A DNA stretch of 64,000 nucleotides, taken from the IMG/VR virus record IMGVR_UViG_3300046808_000578; one strand, 5' to 3'. Below are positions 27,708 to 38,779 of the stretch, one piece after another. The notes beneath the pieces are model-generated. The model saw only the letters and a program-made list of their open reading frames with translations, ran no database searches and was not told the DNA's origin. This DNA comes from an uncultured virus (IMG/VR IMGVR_UViG_3300046808_000578) (Duplodnaviria > Heunggongvirae > Uroviricota > Caudoviricetes). Numbering within the stretch: the stretch's first letter is position 1; each line of letters opens with the position of its first letter. Made by a program: the position numbers and the translations under genes.

Positions 27708-29617
27708 ACGTAAGGAGACAAATCCAACTCAGTGCGCTCAAGTTTGTAGAGCCCGTACTTCCACTTGGTCGTCCGAAGCGGCAGCAGCAGTGTGGCGGGT
27801 AACGTCTTCGGAGATGAGGTAGGAATCTGATACGAGTCCGCAGCCAAAATGGTGCCACCAGCACTGTCCTGCGACCAGTAGTAATCGTCGGAACCAACGA
27901 CTGCAGAGAGCGTTGTTCCGGAAAGGGTTCCAGTTAGGACTGGACCTGTGTTGACCCGCAGAAGAGGGCCAGTGTACGACAGGTCCACAGGAGTCATATT
28001 GGTGGGTGCCGGGCCCACGAAATCGGAGTTGTCCCTGAAGGTAGTCGTAGTAGTTGCTCGCACCCACACGCGACGAGAGGCTTTGATCTTCGTGTTGACC
28101 GTGAACTCAGAAGTAGACCCGAGCTGTTCTGTTCCACGCATAATCTTCTTTCGGATACTACTCACGACCACACTCTCCAGAATCGCAGGAATGTTGAACT
28201 CCACGTACTCCCTTTGGATGATCTCAACATCACCAAAACCAATCACCTCGCGAGTGATCAGGGTACTCCAGTGTTTGTCGATGGAGCGAATCTCGTAGTC
28301 CCTCCCGGCCTGAATCCCGTACCCGTCAATGGTCGTGACCGCAGGCACGATCTCCGAGCGGATCTCAACCCACCGCCCAATGTCGTTGTCGAAAAGGAAG
28401 TCGTACAGTACGGGCCATTCTGAGATTGTGACCGTGGTTCGTTCAGCTCGATGAGGGTTGCGCTGCACCACTTGGGATTCCACCACAACCCCATCCTCGG
28501 CATTTGTCCCCGGTTGATCCGGCGGAGTGGTCGGAGCCACAATGTCGCTCGTCGCAGTAGCCAACGCCCCACGGTATTCGCTGGGGTAGGACTTACTCAC
28601 CAAGGTCGGCCAGTCATCCACCGTGGTAATCGTCTTCTCAGCAAGATGCCGAGTCTTCTGCACAACTGAGGACTCCAATGTCTTCAAAGACAAATTGGCT
28701 GGGTTAGTGCCCGGTGCAACGATCTCGTTGGTTGTGGTTACAGTTGCGCCACGAAGGTCGTCAGAAGTTCTCTCGGAGACAAGGATTGGCCACCCGTCGA
28801 TCGTTACCGTGGTCTTTTCAGCTTTGGTTCTGGTGCGCTGCACCACCTCTGATTCCAGCGTTGTCAGCGACAACGGGTTCGGAGGAGTCGAGGGGGTCAC
28901 GATATCGTTCGTCGCAGTCACCACCGCGCCCCGAACGGCATCAGACTGTTTGGTGGTAACAAGAGTGGCGTGCTGCTCCACGGTGCGCACCTTGCGCGTT
29001 CCCTTTACCGTACTGTCGTGGTTGACCCCGCTCTCGATCACCGTCAAACCATCCGCATCTGGCATCTGTGCCGCAGGCACGATCTGGTTGATTTCATGCT
29101 CAAGATCGCCCCGCTCGTTGTACCGATACTTGTCGATCTCAGGCCCGGGCAGACGTTCGTATACCCGCTGAACGCCGACAAACAACGAATCCATCAAGGG
29201 ATCCTGCAGCCGAACCTGCTTGTGGTCGGTCAGGAAAAACCCGGAGCCTTCAGGAGGAAACTCGCTCCCTTCCACTGGTTCTGCGTCAGGAAGACTTGAG
29301 CGGGGCAATACGTAGGTGCGCACATACACCGGGTAGTCCGTATTCGGGTACGGGTACTGGATTTCGTAGTTGTATTCGTCCTGATTGAGCCGCTCGTTCA
29401 GGTAGAACCAATGCACCCAGCCCGACTCGTTTGCGGGCTTAACCATAGCGAGCTTGAACCCCTCGTACTTCGTCTGATTGGGGTGCAGCGTTCCGTACGG
29501 AGGTACAGAGTAACTCAGCAGCGAGGAGTCATGCAGCTCGTGGAAAACTCGGTCGTTGAGGTTCGGAGTTGGAAACTCAAAAATCCGTTTCCGGATTGGC
29601 GTCGGTTCGAGTGGCAT
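27704..29617 (-). CDS. putative tail protein with three ~58-aa internal repeats
   Basis: RGA..T.T..IV.P...ES.VVQ.....AE.T..T...WP.L repeated; Thr/Val beta-rich. Confidence 0.6.
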   Translation of the reverse strand: MPLEPTPIRKRIFEFPTPNLNDRVFHELHDSSLLSYSVPPYGTLHPNQTKYEGFKLAMVKPANESGWVHWFYLNERLNQDEYNYEIQYPYPNTDYPVYVRTYVLPRSSLPDAEPVEGSEFPPEGSGFFLTDHKQVRLQDPLMDSLFVGVQRVYERLPGPEIDKYRYNERGDLEHEINQIVPAAQMPDADGLTVIESGVNHDSTVKGTRKVRTVEQHATLVTTKQSDAVRGAVVTATNDIVTPSTPPNPLSLTTLESEVVQRTRTKAEKTTVTIDGWPILVSERTSDDLRGATVTTTNEIVAPGTNPANLSLKTLESSVVQKTRHLAEKTITTVDDWPTLVSKSYPSEYRGALATATSDIVAPTTPPDQPGTNAEDGVVVESQVVQRNPHRAERTTVTISEWPVLYDFLFDNDIGRWVEIRSEIVPAVTTIDGYGIQAGRDYEIRSIDKHWSTLITREVIGFGDVEIIQREYVEFNIPAILESVVVSSIRKKIMRGTEQLGSTSEFTVNTKIKASRRVWVRATTTTTFRDNSDFVGPAPTNMTPVDLSYTGPLLRVNTGPVLTGTLSGTTLSAVVGSDDYYWSQDSAGGTILAADSYQIPTSSPKTLPATLLLPLRTTKWKYGLYKLERTELDLSPYV

Positions 29618-29620
29618 AGG

Positions 29621-29968
29621 TCAGTGTTTCTTACGACGATCGTTTCTGATCGCCATGTTGGCTTCCCACATACATATCAAATTCTCAGCTTGATCTTTCT
29701 TCTCTATAAGAAATTCAAGCAGACTCAAAAGCAAGGTTATAGCAGTTGGACCGTAGTACGACAATCGATACACAGGACGTTTGGTGGTAGGAGTTTTCCG
29801 CTTAACCTGCGTAACCTTTCCTCCGTAGTGCGCAGCTACGAACTGCATAGGGTTTGGGTTGCAGCTTTCGAGCGTCACATTCGGAGTACAATTGTTCCAT
29901 CGAATACACCCCTCCCCGTCTAGGTAGCCTGCGGTGTAGGCCCGCACAGATTCGGTAGGAGTAGGCAT
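29621..29968 (-). CDS. free-standing single-motif LAGLIDADG homing endonuclease
   Basis: YTAGYLDGEGCI motif; C-terminal LLEFLIEKKDQA. Confidence 0.82.
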   Translation of the reverse strand: MPTPTESVRAYTAGYLDGEGCIRWNNCTPNVTLESCNPNPMQFVAAHYGGKVTQVKRKTPTTKRPVYRLSYYGPTAITLLLSLLEFLIEKKDQAENLICMWEANMAIRNDRRKKH

Positions 29969-29971
29969 AGA

Positions 29972-30274
29972 TTAATCAGGTACTTTGGACCGCTTCTTTA
30001 CGGTGTCCGCAGCAGGAAAGTACAGGTTTTCTATCGCCCGCACCACCGCTTCTTCGACATTCTCTTCAAGAGCCCAAGTAATCCCCGACACAAACAACGC
30101 TGCATGGAGCATCTCATGCATCAAAGTTTGCATGAACGCCCCCTCCAACACGGCCCGCTTACTTATACGAATCGTTCTGTCATCCCCATGAAAACTACCC
30201 CAATCCTCTTGGTCCACTACTCTTACGGCTATCTTCATTCCTCCGATCGTTACATGAGGAATCGGAGATTTCAT
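29972..30274 (-). CDS. small HEXXH metallopeptidase-like protein
   Basis: WGSF...IRIS...TLMHEMLHA...EE. Confidence 0.7.
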   Translation of the reverse strand: MKSPIPHVTIGGMKIAVRVVDQEDWGSFHGDDRTIRISKRAVLEGAFMQTLMHEMLHAALFVSGITWALEENVEEAVVRAIENLYFPAADTVKKRSKVPD

Positions 30275-30276
30275 GG

Positions 30277-31356
30277 TTAAAGGGTGTACCACCCCTGATT
30301 GTACAGCTCGTGGATCAGCTCAAATGCATGCGCGTACCGTTCACCGCACGCCGCAAGAGAGTACTTGTCGCGAGCATTCTGGGCAATACGCTTACGATCC
30401 AAGTGATGGGATGCCTGCAGAGCGGTCAACCACTCTTTTAGAGTGTGGCAGCGAAACCCATTAACCCCGTGATCTACGGTTTCGGCAAACGCACCGTAGT
30501 CAACGCCGAGCAATGGCGTGCCACAAAGCAACCCTTCAACCCCAGACCCGCCAAAAGGTTCCACAAACTCTGACGGCATCAGCGAGCAAATCGCGTTGCG
30601 CAGAAAATCACTCCGAGCTGTCCCATGGATAGGTCCACGGTACTCGATCTTCGGATGCTCCCAAGGCGTTGGGTCCCCCTGTCCGTGCAGCACAATTTTT
30701 GGAGAGTCTGCAGGTAGACGGCGAGCGATCTCAAGGATGGTGTGCATCCCTTTGCACGGAGCAATCCGTCCCAAGAATGCGTAGTATTTCCCCGATACGT
30801 AGCTGGGTTTCCACTCTGACAGGTCAAAGTAGTTGGGTACTACAAACTCGTAATGGCTCCCCTGCCGATTGTCCTTACCTGCGTGGTAATGCCTCCATGC
30901 ATAGGTCTCGTAAATGCGGTGCGACCCGGGCATGAGATCCGGGTATCCGATCCCTGTCTCGACATGGATGTGGTTCGGGAACTCATGCATTACACGCTGA
31001 TGAGCCCTACCAAACGGGTGGCAGATCAAATCCCGAGGGCCCACCCGTTCTCTCATCTCGGCAATCAACTTCTCCTCAAAGGCTGCATGAAGTGGAGAGC
31101 CCATAACCGCCAAGTCCCCGTGAAACGCGGTGGGATCTTTAACCCCAGTAAATGATTCCAGTTCGGTTCTGGACAGCAGCTTTACTTTTTCCGTGGCTTC
31201 GCTTTCGCTACCTTCATTCGCGTACTCGATGACGTCGTATCCGTAGGGCCGCATCATCTTCGAGAACCTCAATGCCTTCCCAGTGAAAGCACAATGCGAA
31301 TACTCCAGACTGTGAACCGTGTGAAAAATGCCGATCAGGTGCAGTGTTGGCTTCAT
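30277..31356 (-). CDS. GT-B (GT4-like) glycosyltransferase
   Basis: FLGRIAPCKG, EPFGGSGVEGLLCGTP (EX7E), GAFAETVDHGVNGF. Confidence 0.88.
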   Translation of the reverse strand: MKPTLHLIGIFHTVHSLEYSHCAFTGKALRFSKMMRPYGYDVIEYANEGSESEATEKVKLLSRTELESFTGVKDPTAFHGDLAVMGSPLHAAFEEKLIAEMRERVGPRDLICHPFGRAHQRVMHEFPNHIHVETGIGYPDLMPGSHRIYETYAWRHYHAGKDNRQGSHYEFVVPNYFDLSEWKPSYVSGKYYAFLGRIAPCKGMHTILEIARRLPADSPKIVLHGQGDPTPWEHPKIEYRGPIHGTARSDFLRNAICSLMPSEFVEPFGGSGVEGLLCGTPLLGVDYGAFAETVDHGVNGFRCHTLKEWLTALQASHHLDRKRIAQNARDKYSLAACGERYAHAFELIHELYNQGWYTL

Positions 31357-31387
31357 GCAAACTGACTCTGATACCACTCGGACGTGG

Positions 31388-32029
31388 TTAAGCAAGATGG
31401 ATCGCAGACCGCACCAAGGCAACGGGGCGAACCTTCTGGTAGACCCCATCCCCTTCCCGAGAACCTTCCCCGTTGGTATTGCCCTCGACGGTCAGAATCG
31501 ACGTGGAGTTCACAGGACCAACGTAGATCCCTACGTGGGAGAACTTGAAGACGACGATGTCGCCGGGTTTCAGCACGGAAGCGGACGGAGTCTTCGTGAT
31601 GCGAAGCGCATTCCTAACCGCCCACTCTTCGTCGAACCCAAAAGCTCTGGCGGTACGCGGCAAAGGCCAAGTCGGATTAGCGCCGAACTCTTTGATTCCC
31701 TGTCGCACACACCAGCAAACGAAAGCCGCGCACCAAGGCTCTCGGTTCTGCATACCTGTTGAGTAGTCGGTGGCGTCCCAGTACTTGGCAATTTCCGGGG
31801 CTTGGTTCTTCGTGACCTCAGTAACCCCTACCTCCTCCCGCGCAACTCGGGCAACAGAAGCTCCGATGGACGAGGACGGTGCCGGGATCGCCAGTTTCGC
31901 TCGCTCCTCCTGCACCCTACGACGAAGCTCCTTGTACGCCGCTTCGTCTTTTGGTCCGGGAATGCCGTCAATGGCTGTACCGAGGACAGCCTGCAATCGC
32001 TTGTACTGATTCGACGCAGACTCTTTCAT
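31388..32029 (-). CDS. endolysin, CHAP domain with N-terminal peptidoglycan-binding remnant
   Basis: LQAVLG..IDGIPGP; PWCAAFVCWC...SHVGI...TVEGNT. Confidence 0.85.
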   Translation of the reverse strand: MKESASNQYKRLQAVLGTAIDGIPGPKDEAAYKELRRRVQEERAKLAIPAPSSSIGASVARVAREEVGVTEVTKNQAPEIAKYWDATDYSTGMQNREPWCAAFVCWCVRQGIKEFGANPTWPLPRTARAFGFDEEWAVRNALRITKTPSASVLKPGDIVVFKFSHVGIYVGPVNSTSILTVEGNTNGEGSREGDGVYQKVRPVALVRSAIHLA

Positions 32030-32229
32030 TTTACGGCTACCTCGTACTCAAGATCGGTGATGTACTCCAGCATGTCCACGATCACTTCTTTCTGATCCCG
32101 AGTGTAGGCGTGCCCGAGTCTGTCGATGAACTCAGGGACTCGGCTTTTCTTTGTCGTAACGCATCCACTGAGCGATGAGATCGCGATTGCGATCATGCAC
32201 GTCTTTTGCAAGTTGCTTCTCCAGTTCAT
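32026..32229 (-). CDS. lipoprotein, putative o-spanin
   Basis: Signal peptide with lipobox LSGC, inside lysis cassette. Confidence 0.6.
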   Translation of the reverse strand: MNWRSNLQKTCMIAIAISSLSGCVTTKKSRVPEFIDRLGHAYTRDQKEVIVDMLEYITDLEYEVAVK

Positions 32230-32299
32230 CTCGTATCTGGAAAAAGACTTTGGCCAAGCCCGGAAAAGCCAGCAACAGCTTCACGAGCGAGACGATCAT
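32132..32299 (-). CDS. 55-aa N-anchored helical protein, putative i-spanin (not in ORF track)
   Basis: MIVSLVKLLLAFPGLAKVFFQIRDELEKQLAKDVHDRNRDLIAQWMRYDKEKPSP; overlaps the lipoprotein ORF in another frame. Confidence 0.5.
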   Translation of the reverse strand: MIVSLVKLLLAFPGLAKVFFQIRDELEKQLAKDVHDRNRDLIAQWMRYDKEKPSP

Positions 32300-32478
32300 T
32301 TTTTGCTGTCGATGTGCAGACCCACATGCTTGAGGACGCCGATCACTTTCTCAAGGATCGAGTCGTCTTTAGGCGTTGGGGTCAGCTTGACGATCAGGCG
32401 AGCAGTGAACGTGACTCCCCCGATGATGGCAATCAGGGATTCACGATTGTCGATGACGAAGGAAATGATCTGGCTCAT
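32296..32478 (-). CDS. putative holin
   Basis: 60 aa, TM segment then TPTPKDD motif, basic C-terminus, upstream of endolysin. Confidence 0.65.
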   Translation of the reverse strand: MSQIISFVIDNRESLIAIIGGVTFTARLIVKLTPTPKDDSILEKVIGVLKHVGLHIDSKK

Positions 32479-32711
32479 ACGGGTTCCTGTACAGTAAGCC
32501 CAACCTGTATCTGGGCAACAGAAATCAGGTCTTCGTTATCCCAAGATTCTTCACCGCGAGCCAAGGCCGCAGCATACAGGTCCGCTTCTTGGAGCGTGAA
32601 GGTGATCGGGTGATCAATCCCTTGCACATTCAACCAGCACCGGACATTTACTGTTTTACGTTCGTGGTTAATCAGGCTTTCGATGAGTCTCATAATTTTA
32701 TAGGGCGACAA
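32475..32711 (-). CDS. hypothetical protein (possible fibre-associated)
   Basis: 78 aa ORF overlapping the holin start. Confidence 0.5.
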   Translation of the reverse strand: MSPYKIMRLIESLINHERKTVNVRCWLNVQGIDHPITFTLQEADLYAAALARGEESWDNEDLISVAQIQVGLTVQEPV

Positions 32712-32748
32712 ATCCTTGGAGGTCTTGGTGCAACTTGTATTTCATAAA

Positions 32749-35001
32749 TTAAGGAGCAACGTAACCTTGGATATTCAAACGGAATCCAGCCGCATTCGTG
32801 GCGGCAGCGCGGATCGCTGTGGCGGCGCTCACGTTAAGTCCAACAGGGAAAAAGATTTCTTTACCCTCTTCGCCCTTAAACGTCAGTTTCCAACGCAAAG
32901 CGGCACCATCGTAAATTTCAAGGTCATTAGCACTTGTATGGTTGTTATACGCTTGGATGGCAACAACATGGTTCCTTAGACCAGCACCCGCTGACGCTTT
33001 GATGTCTGTTGCTACCGTTGCTGTTAGCGCAATGGTCAGATCCCAGATGGCTTCCTGTAGGCAATAAGGCTTCACGACACCTGCACCGATCATTGTCCCG
33101 AGCCAAGCCACGCTATCCCCAGAGGCAGACATCGCCGAGATGTTTGCATTGCTAGCCCGAAGTCCAGCGGTAACCGGGTTACCAATCGCCGCGTCAACCG
33201 CAACAGTTCCTGCGGCAGATACAGTACCCGAAACAGCAGCAGTGCCCTGCAAAATTGTCGGGATTGCACTGGATGCATCCGAGGCGGGACGAGGCAGCAT
33301 TTCGACTCTCTGACGCTCGAAATCGAAAATGCGGACGTAGGAAGCCCGGAAATCAGTTCGACGAATAACGGCACCAGCGGCATTGACCAAAGCGAAGTCA
33401 GCGACAACAGGGGTACCCGCCGGGGCATTTACCAGAACCAACGTAGTGGTGGATACGTTGGCGACCTTCCAAACTCCATCAACTCCGAGCGACACACCAT
33501 TGGTGTCCGTGACACCGTAAAGGTTAACAAAGTCAGAAATGGAAACCCCAGACCAACTTGCCGACCCAACCAGAGTGATCTGGTGCTGCCCGTCTACCAA
33601 AGTGGTTTTCACTGCCGACTGAATCGACTGTGAAACCGCTCCCGGAACAGGGCAACCAGCGTTCGCCTTGGCGATGTAACCGCCCGTGGAGGTGACGGTA
33701 CCAGAGGTGCCCCAAGTCACCGTAAACTGGTTGTTGTTTATCTTGGTAACCGCCGCCGCCGTTGTGAGCGCAGGAAACTCAGTAGACGCAAAAGCCCGAA
33801 CACCGTATCCAAAAACCAAGTCGCCAGTTTCAAGCCCGTGCGGTTCAACGGTTGTGACTGTTGCCGTTGTGCTGGCGGTTTTGGTGACGGTAGAAATCCG
33901 CGCTCCGGGAATGGTGACCGTCTTCTGCGCGTTGAGCTTTAACCGTAGGAAATAACTCTTCGCAGGATTCGGCACCACCTGCGTCCGAACCACACGGTTG
34001 GAGGAAGACGCAAGAGAATCAATTGGAATATCCGACCACTGAACTTTGTCTGCAAAAAGCGTCAAACGGTATTCGTTTGTAGCAGTCAGAGAATAAGTAT
34101 ACGGCAACGCGCCCGCCAAAGCGGCAGATGCGGTGCTCCCAATAGCGACTCCTTGACGCGAAAGAATCCCGTTACCTGAACCAGATGCAAACGGAAGCGC
34201 ATCACCCGCTGATGCGCGAGTGTAAAAACCCCCAATCGTTGCAGAAGGAAACTCAAAATGCAGTGAAGTCCCATTTCTGGAAAGGGACATAGCCGGGCGG
34301 AAATAAACAAACCCCTTCGCCCCAGCAGGGTTTGTCAAAGTAGGTTGCGTCGAAAACGCGCCGTTAGGACCACCCGTTACCGTGAACTGCGTGGGGGAAG
34401 TGACGCTGGCAACAACAATCGAAGGGTAGTTGTACCGCGCGTCAGAGCATCCACGGATACCAATTCTTTTTCCGGGGACAAGCCCATGCGGAAGCACGGT
34501 GTCTACAGTCAAAACCGCTGGCGCTTGAGCAAGCGCAGAAATCTCAATTTCAGCCCCATCGGCGATGAACTCCCGATCGATGAACTCAATAGAGGCGTCA
34601 TGTCCCCACGGGTTCTGCGACATATGCGCACCGACAGCAAGTTCGGCGGGCATGGAAAAGCTGGCAATGGTATCAACGTAGGTGTCGGTGCCTTGACCAA
34701 ATGGATCTTTGGAGATCACCAAGTAGCTAGCGCCAACGGCGTTTCCGTCCACGAACACCAAGTCGCCAGTAGCTTTCTGCTCGGTCCAGTTTTCGGAAGG
34801 CCACGACTCGAAAGTCTCTCGGAACTTGGTTGGGATGTTCCCCGTGACTAGCGCCCCGGTAGCGGTGACCGCAACCTCTGTCGTGCCCCCAGAAGACGTA
34901 CTTCCGCTGATCGCAACAGGGATCGGATCACCATCCAAGGATCCAACAATTGATTGTGACTTACTGGCGGGTACTGGCCCTGCGTTATCCCATTGCGACA
35001 T
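32749..35001 (-). CDS. beta-rich virion structural/appendage protein
   Basis: 750 aa Ala/Thr/Val/Ser-rich; repeated TV.T..PHGL..G domains. Confidence 0.65.
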   Translation of the reverse strand: MSQWDNAGPVPASKSQSIVGSLDGDPIPVAISGSTSSGGTTEVAVTATGALVTGNIPTKFRETFESWPSENWTEQKATGDLVFVDGNAVGASYLVISKDPFGQGTDTYVDTIASFSMPAELAVGAHMSQNPWGHDASIEFIDREFIADGAEIEISALAQAPAVLTVDTVLPHGLVPGKRIGIRGCSDARYNYPSIVVASVTSPTQFTVTGGPNGAFSTQPTLTNPAGAKGFVYFRPAMSLSRNGTSLHFEFPSATIGGFYTRASAGDALPFASGSGNGILSRQGVAIGSTASAALAGALPYTYSLTATNEYRLTLFADKVQWSDIPIDSLASSSNRVVRTQVVPNPAKSYFLRLKLNAQKTVTIPGARISTVTKTASTTATVTTVEPHGLETGDLVFGYGVRAFASTEFPALTTAAAVTKINNNQFTVTWGTSGTVTSTGGYIAKANAGCPVPGAVSQSIQSAVKTTLVDGQHQITLVGSASWSGVSISDFVNLYGVTDTNGVSLGVDGVWKVANVSTTTLVLVNAPAGTPVVADFALVNAAGAVIRRTDFRASYVRIFDFERQRVEMLPRPASDASSAIPTILQGTAAVSGTVSAAGTVAVDAAIGNPVTAGLRASNANISAMSASGDSVAWLGTMIGAGVVKPYCLQEAIWDLTIALTATVATDIKASAGAGLRNHVVAIQAYNNHTSANDLEIYDGAALRWKLTFKGEEGKEIFFPVGLNVSAATAIRAAATNAAGFRLNIQGYVAP

Positions 35002-35044
35002 ATTCTTAGAGTAGGGTTAAAGGTTTCAGGAATTCAAGATCGGA

Positions 35045-38000
35045 TTAATACGTAACCTCGACTGCTTCGATATACGCAGCCCACTTTACAGTCTGCCCAG
35101 CAGCCGCGTTACAGGTAACAGTTAAACAATCTAGTGTATCATCGATACCGATCGCGACTACCCACGATGCGGGGAGGAAGTCCGAACCCACCGCTGAAGC
35201 CGCATACACCGTCTGCATAGTGCCAGCAGTATTCTTCACTGCGGTCCTGCGAATTGCGTGACCCACATTAGAGCCAGTGTTTTGGACACCGATGACGTGA
35301 ATAAGGAACGCCATCGAGGTTCCAGAAGCCAAGGTGAACTGGTTGCTACTCGTAGCAGTACCGCTGCCGTCAGAGGTAAGGCGAACCGTGGTGGTCCCAG
35401 TACTCTCGCCGCGCAGCATCAAACTCACCATTTGGCAAGTTCCCTGCACATCTAAAAACCCGCCAGCGTGGGCCATGACCGCCGCCCGAGGAATACGCGC
35501 CAACCCCCGCTGCCCGTGAATCACTGACCCGAAAGTCGCACTAACCGAATTTGCGTACCCCCCAGAAATAACTCCGTATCCCGCAGATACGGAGTTACCG
35601 AGACCCCCGCAAATCACCGCATACGTCCCACTCCCGGTAACACTGCCGCCAAACCCCCCAGAAACTGTAGCATATACGGCCCCATCGTTAACCGAATTTG
35701 ACCGCCCACCGGGTACGCTGCTCCACGCGCCTGACGCATCATTATCCTGCCCCCCACCTACAAATACATAATCGTTGCCAGCTATATTGTTTGCCCCACC
35801 CACAAGTGTACCGTAATCGGAAGCCGCGAGTATATCGTTTCCCGCACCGCCCCCAATAAACCCGTACGTAGCCCCGTTGGAAATGGCGTTCAACGCACCC
35901 CCAACAATAACGCTATCGGTAGCGGAAAAATTAGTGTTTTGGAATCCGTAAACAACTATGTTGGAGTTACCACTAACTTGGTTTTGATACCCATTTAAAA
36001 TAGTACCTCTAGCAGCGTTAGCCGCTATGATGTTACCCACCCCACCACCAATAAAAGCCCCGTCAGAAGACCCGTTAATAGTGTTGCCATCCCCACCAAC
36101 AATCACACAAAGATCGGAACCGGACCCGATTGAGTTGAACTGCCCACCCACAAGTACCCCGAAAGTCCCTGCTACAACCTGAGATCCAGCAGACCTACGA
36201 GATTGAAGGTCTATTGACCCATCCCCACGGGCGTTCGGAGTTGCAGATGAGAAGGAGGTTTGCGCCCGGTACACACTGCCAAATACGGAAGGCGCAGGAA
36301 CGGTTCCAGCCAATATCAACCCAGCCGGATTTACAGCCTCTGTGGTATTGAATTGGGAAGCGGTGTACGCAGATGTAACTGAGGCAAAATTAACCGTAGG
36401 CCCAGAAGGTCCCTGCGGACCAGAGGGACCTTGAACCCCTGTAGCTCCGGGTTGCCCATCCAAGAAGATGTTCCAAGAAGAGAACGAGGTAGTTCCAGTG
36501 GGCTGCGTCGAGAAATCACAGAGCACCTGCAAATTGCCACCCGAGTAGGATTGGACCGTTCCACGCAAATAATCCGAGGTATCCCCTTGCCGGATCAACA
36601 CCCGCTGAAACTGAGTGAATCCCCCGTTCGTAGGGACTGTAGCAAACGTCTTAGTTTGATTTGGGGCCTGAATACTAAGCGTATACGGGGTAACAGAGGT
36701 AGCCGTGTACGCAATAGGCCCAGTTGGACCAGTAGGTCCTAAAGGTCCGGTGGGTCCGGTAGCCCCGGTAAGCCCAGTTGTACCAGTAGGTCCAGTAGGC
36801 CCAGTAGCCCCAACAGCTCCATCGAGTTCGATACGCCAATCACTGTAACTCTGGACAACAGAAGGTGCAGACGACATGTCTACGTTAACTCCTAGAGTCG
36901 TCGTAGGAGAGGTCCCATCGTACGAAGTTACAGTACCCCGCATCAAATAACCGGACGGGGACGTGATCAGCACACGATGCCCCGCAACATATGACAAGTT
37001 GCGGGATACTCCCGAGAATGTTTTTTGCTGGATCTCAGGAGTTATACTAGACGTAGAAGTCGTGCTGTACGTGACCAACTGGGTGTACATCACCTGAGAT
37101 ATCGACACCCGAACGGCGCTAACAGCGGGAGCTGCTGGGCTACTAGCAGACGAAGGAATCGATTCCAAACGCACATTTGTGCTGGAAACACTCCCGAATA
37201 GAGAAATAGCATCCCCGGCAGCTAGAGTAACAATCTCAGTTAAATCAGCTAATGTATGCCCGTTAATCGCCCCTGCTTTTGCGGGTACGCTAACTCTCCG
37301 TGTTGAGTTTGAGACGTCAACAGTGTTTTTACGAAGCCATACTTGTGCATCGGCATCCGAAGCAGAAGTATTAGCAAATTGGAAAGTTACTTGGATTAAG
37401 TATCTCCCAGCATATTGTGCATATATGATGGGGTTACTATACGTAAACCCAAGAGCCGAATCAAACCCACTAGAGTCGATAGGGATCGATAAAGCAGTAT
37501 CTGCTGTATTAAACGTGTGGTCGCTTGAAAGCTTTCCTACCGCATAATACGACTCAGCCCCACCGACCCCAGTAGCCCCAATTGGCCCCACAGGGCCAGT
37601 AGCCCCCCGTTGCCCATCCAGATTGATGACCCAGTCAGAATAAGTAGATGTACCTGCAGGATCCGACGAGTCATCAATAGTGACGTTAAGTGTAGCTACA
37701 GTCTGGCCAACTGTGTACTCAGTTACCGTACCAACCATCGAGTCGGTACTGGTGGAAAGCTGACGAGTAATACGCACTCGATGCCCGGCCACATAAGCCA
37801 ACGTCCGGTCTACGGTAAACTGCTTCGTTCCCAAGGCTAGGGTTAACGAAGACGAAGACAGCGAACGGTACGGAACCGGACCCGTAGCACCAGTGAGCCC
37901 CTTGCCGTCAAGATTGATCAACCAGTTATTGTGGTCCGCCTGATTGGGTACATTGACAAAGTCGATATCGACAGTCAAAGAATTGTAAAGCCCAGTGCCC

Positions 38001-38779
38001 TCCGTATACGCGGTGACCACTCCGCGCATCAAATAGTCCGTATCGGTGGGGTTCGCGTTGTTTACAATAACAACCCTCTGTTGCGCCGTATACGAGAGGT
38101 TTTTAGCAACCTCAAAAGTTACCTCATCTACAGCCCTTTGGACTGCGGTATAGCTTACGGTACGGTACGGGATCGGGCCTGTTGGGCCTGTGGCCCCCGC
38201 AGGACCAGTAGCCCCCATCGGACCCAACGCCCCCGCAGATCCAGCAGGTCCAGTAGCTCCGGTATCCCCCGTTGGTCCAGTAGGTCCAGTAGCCCCAGTA
38301 AACCCACGAGGACCAGTAGGCCCGATAGGACCGCTAGGTCCGGTATTCCCAACAGGGCCAACAGGACCAGTAGGCCCAGTAGCCCCGCCCGGATCTCCAG
38401 TATCCCCTTTCGGACCAGTAGGACCAATCGGACCTGTAGCTCCCATTACCCCGATTGGACCAGTAGGCCCAACCGGACCTTGAGATCCAGTAACCCCAGT
38501 AGCTCCACGAACGCCAGTAGCCCCCACAGCGCCAGTAGCCCCAACCGAACCAGTAAATCCACGAGGACCAGTCGCCCCAGTAGCCCCACCCGGATCCCCC
38601 GCAGGACCCTGAGGACCCGTAGCACCAGTCGGACCCCCGGCAGGACCAACAGGACCAACAGGACCTTGAGGCCCAGTAGCACCGGGCCTACCCTGAATGC
38701 CTTGGGTGATGGTAATGTTGGCCGCAACCACATTACCATCTACATCGACAACAGGTAAAATCGGGGTGACCTCACTCAT
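35045..38779 (-). CDS. collagen-like tail fibre/receptor-binding protein
   Basis: Long Gly-X-Y tracts, four repeated globular units ending W.I.LDG, C-terminal GG..N repeat array. Confidence 0.85.
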   Translation of the reverse strand: MSEVTPILPVVDVDGNVVAANITITQGIQGRPGATGPQGPVGPVGPAGGPTGATGPQGPAGDPGGATGATGPRGFTGSVGATGAVGATGVRGATGVTGSQGPVGPTGPIGVMGATGPIGPTGPKGDTGDPGGATGPTGPVGPVGNTGPSGPIGPTGPRGFTGATGPTGPTGDTGATGPAGSAGALGPMGATGPAGATGPTGPIPYRTVSYTAVQRAVDEVTFEVAKNLSYTAQQRVVIVNNANPTDTDYLMRGVVTAYTEGTGLYNSLTVDIDFVNVPNQADHNNWLINLDGKGLTGATGPVPYRSLSSSSLTLALGTKQFTVDRTLAYVAGHRVRITRQLSTSTDSMVGTVTEYTVGQTVATLNVTIDDSSDPAGTSTYSDWVINLDGQRGATGPVGPIGATGVGGAESYYAVGKLSSDHTFNTADTALSIPIDSSGFDSALGFTYSNPIIYAQYAGRYLIQVTFQFANTSASDADAQVWLRKNTVDVSNSTRRVSVPAKAGAINGHTLADLTEIVTLAAGDAISLFGSVSSTNVRLESIPSSASSPAAPAVSAVRVSISQVMYTQLVTYSTTSTSSITPEIQQKTFSGVSRNLSYVAGHRVLITSPSGYLMRGTVTSYDGTSPTTTLGVNVDMSSAPSVVQSYSDWRIELDGAVGATGPTGPTGTTGLTGATGPTGPLGPTGPTGPIAYTATSVTPYTLSIQAPNQTKTFATVPTNGGFTQFQRVLIRQGDTSDYLRGTVQSYSGGNLQVLCDFSTQPTGTTSFSSWNIFLDGQPGATGVQGPSGPQGPSGPTVNFASVTSAYTASQFNTTEAVNPAGLILAGTVPAPSVFGSVYRAQTSFSSATPNARGDGSIDLQSRRSAGSQVVAGTFGVLVGGQFNSIGSGSDLCVIVGGDGNTINGSSDGAFIGGGVGNIIAANAARGTILNGYQNQVSGNSNIVVYGFQNTNFSATDSVIVGGALNAISNGATYGFIGGGAGNDILAASDYGTLVGGANNIAGNDYVFVGGGQDNDASGAWSSVPGGRSNSVNDGAVYATVSGGFGGSVTGSGTYAVICGGLGNSVSAGYGVISGGYANSVSATFGSVIHGQRGLARIPRAAVMAHAGGFLDVQGTCQMVSLMLRGESTGTTTVRLTSDGSGTATSSNQFTLASGTSMAFLIHVIGVQNTGSNVGHAIRRTAVKNTAGTMQTVYAASAVGSDFLPASWVVAIGIDDTLDCLTVTCNAAAGQTVKWAAYIEAVEVTY

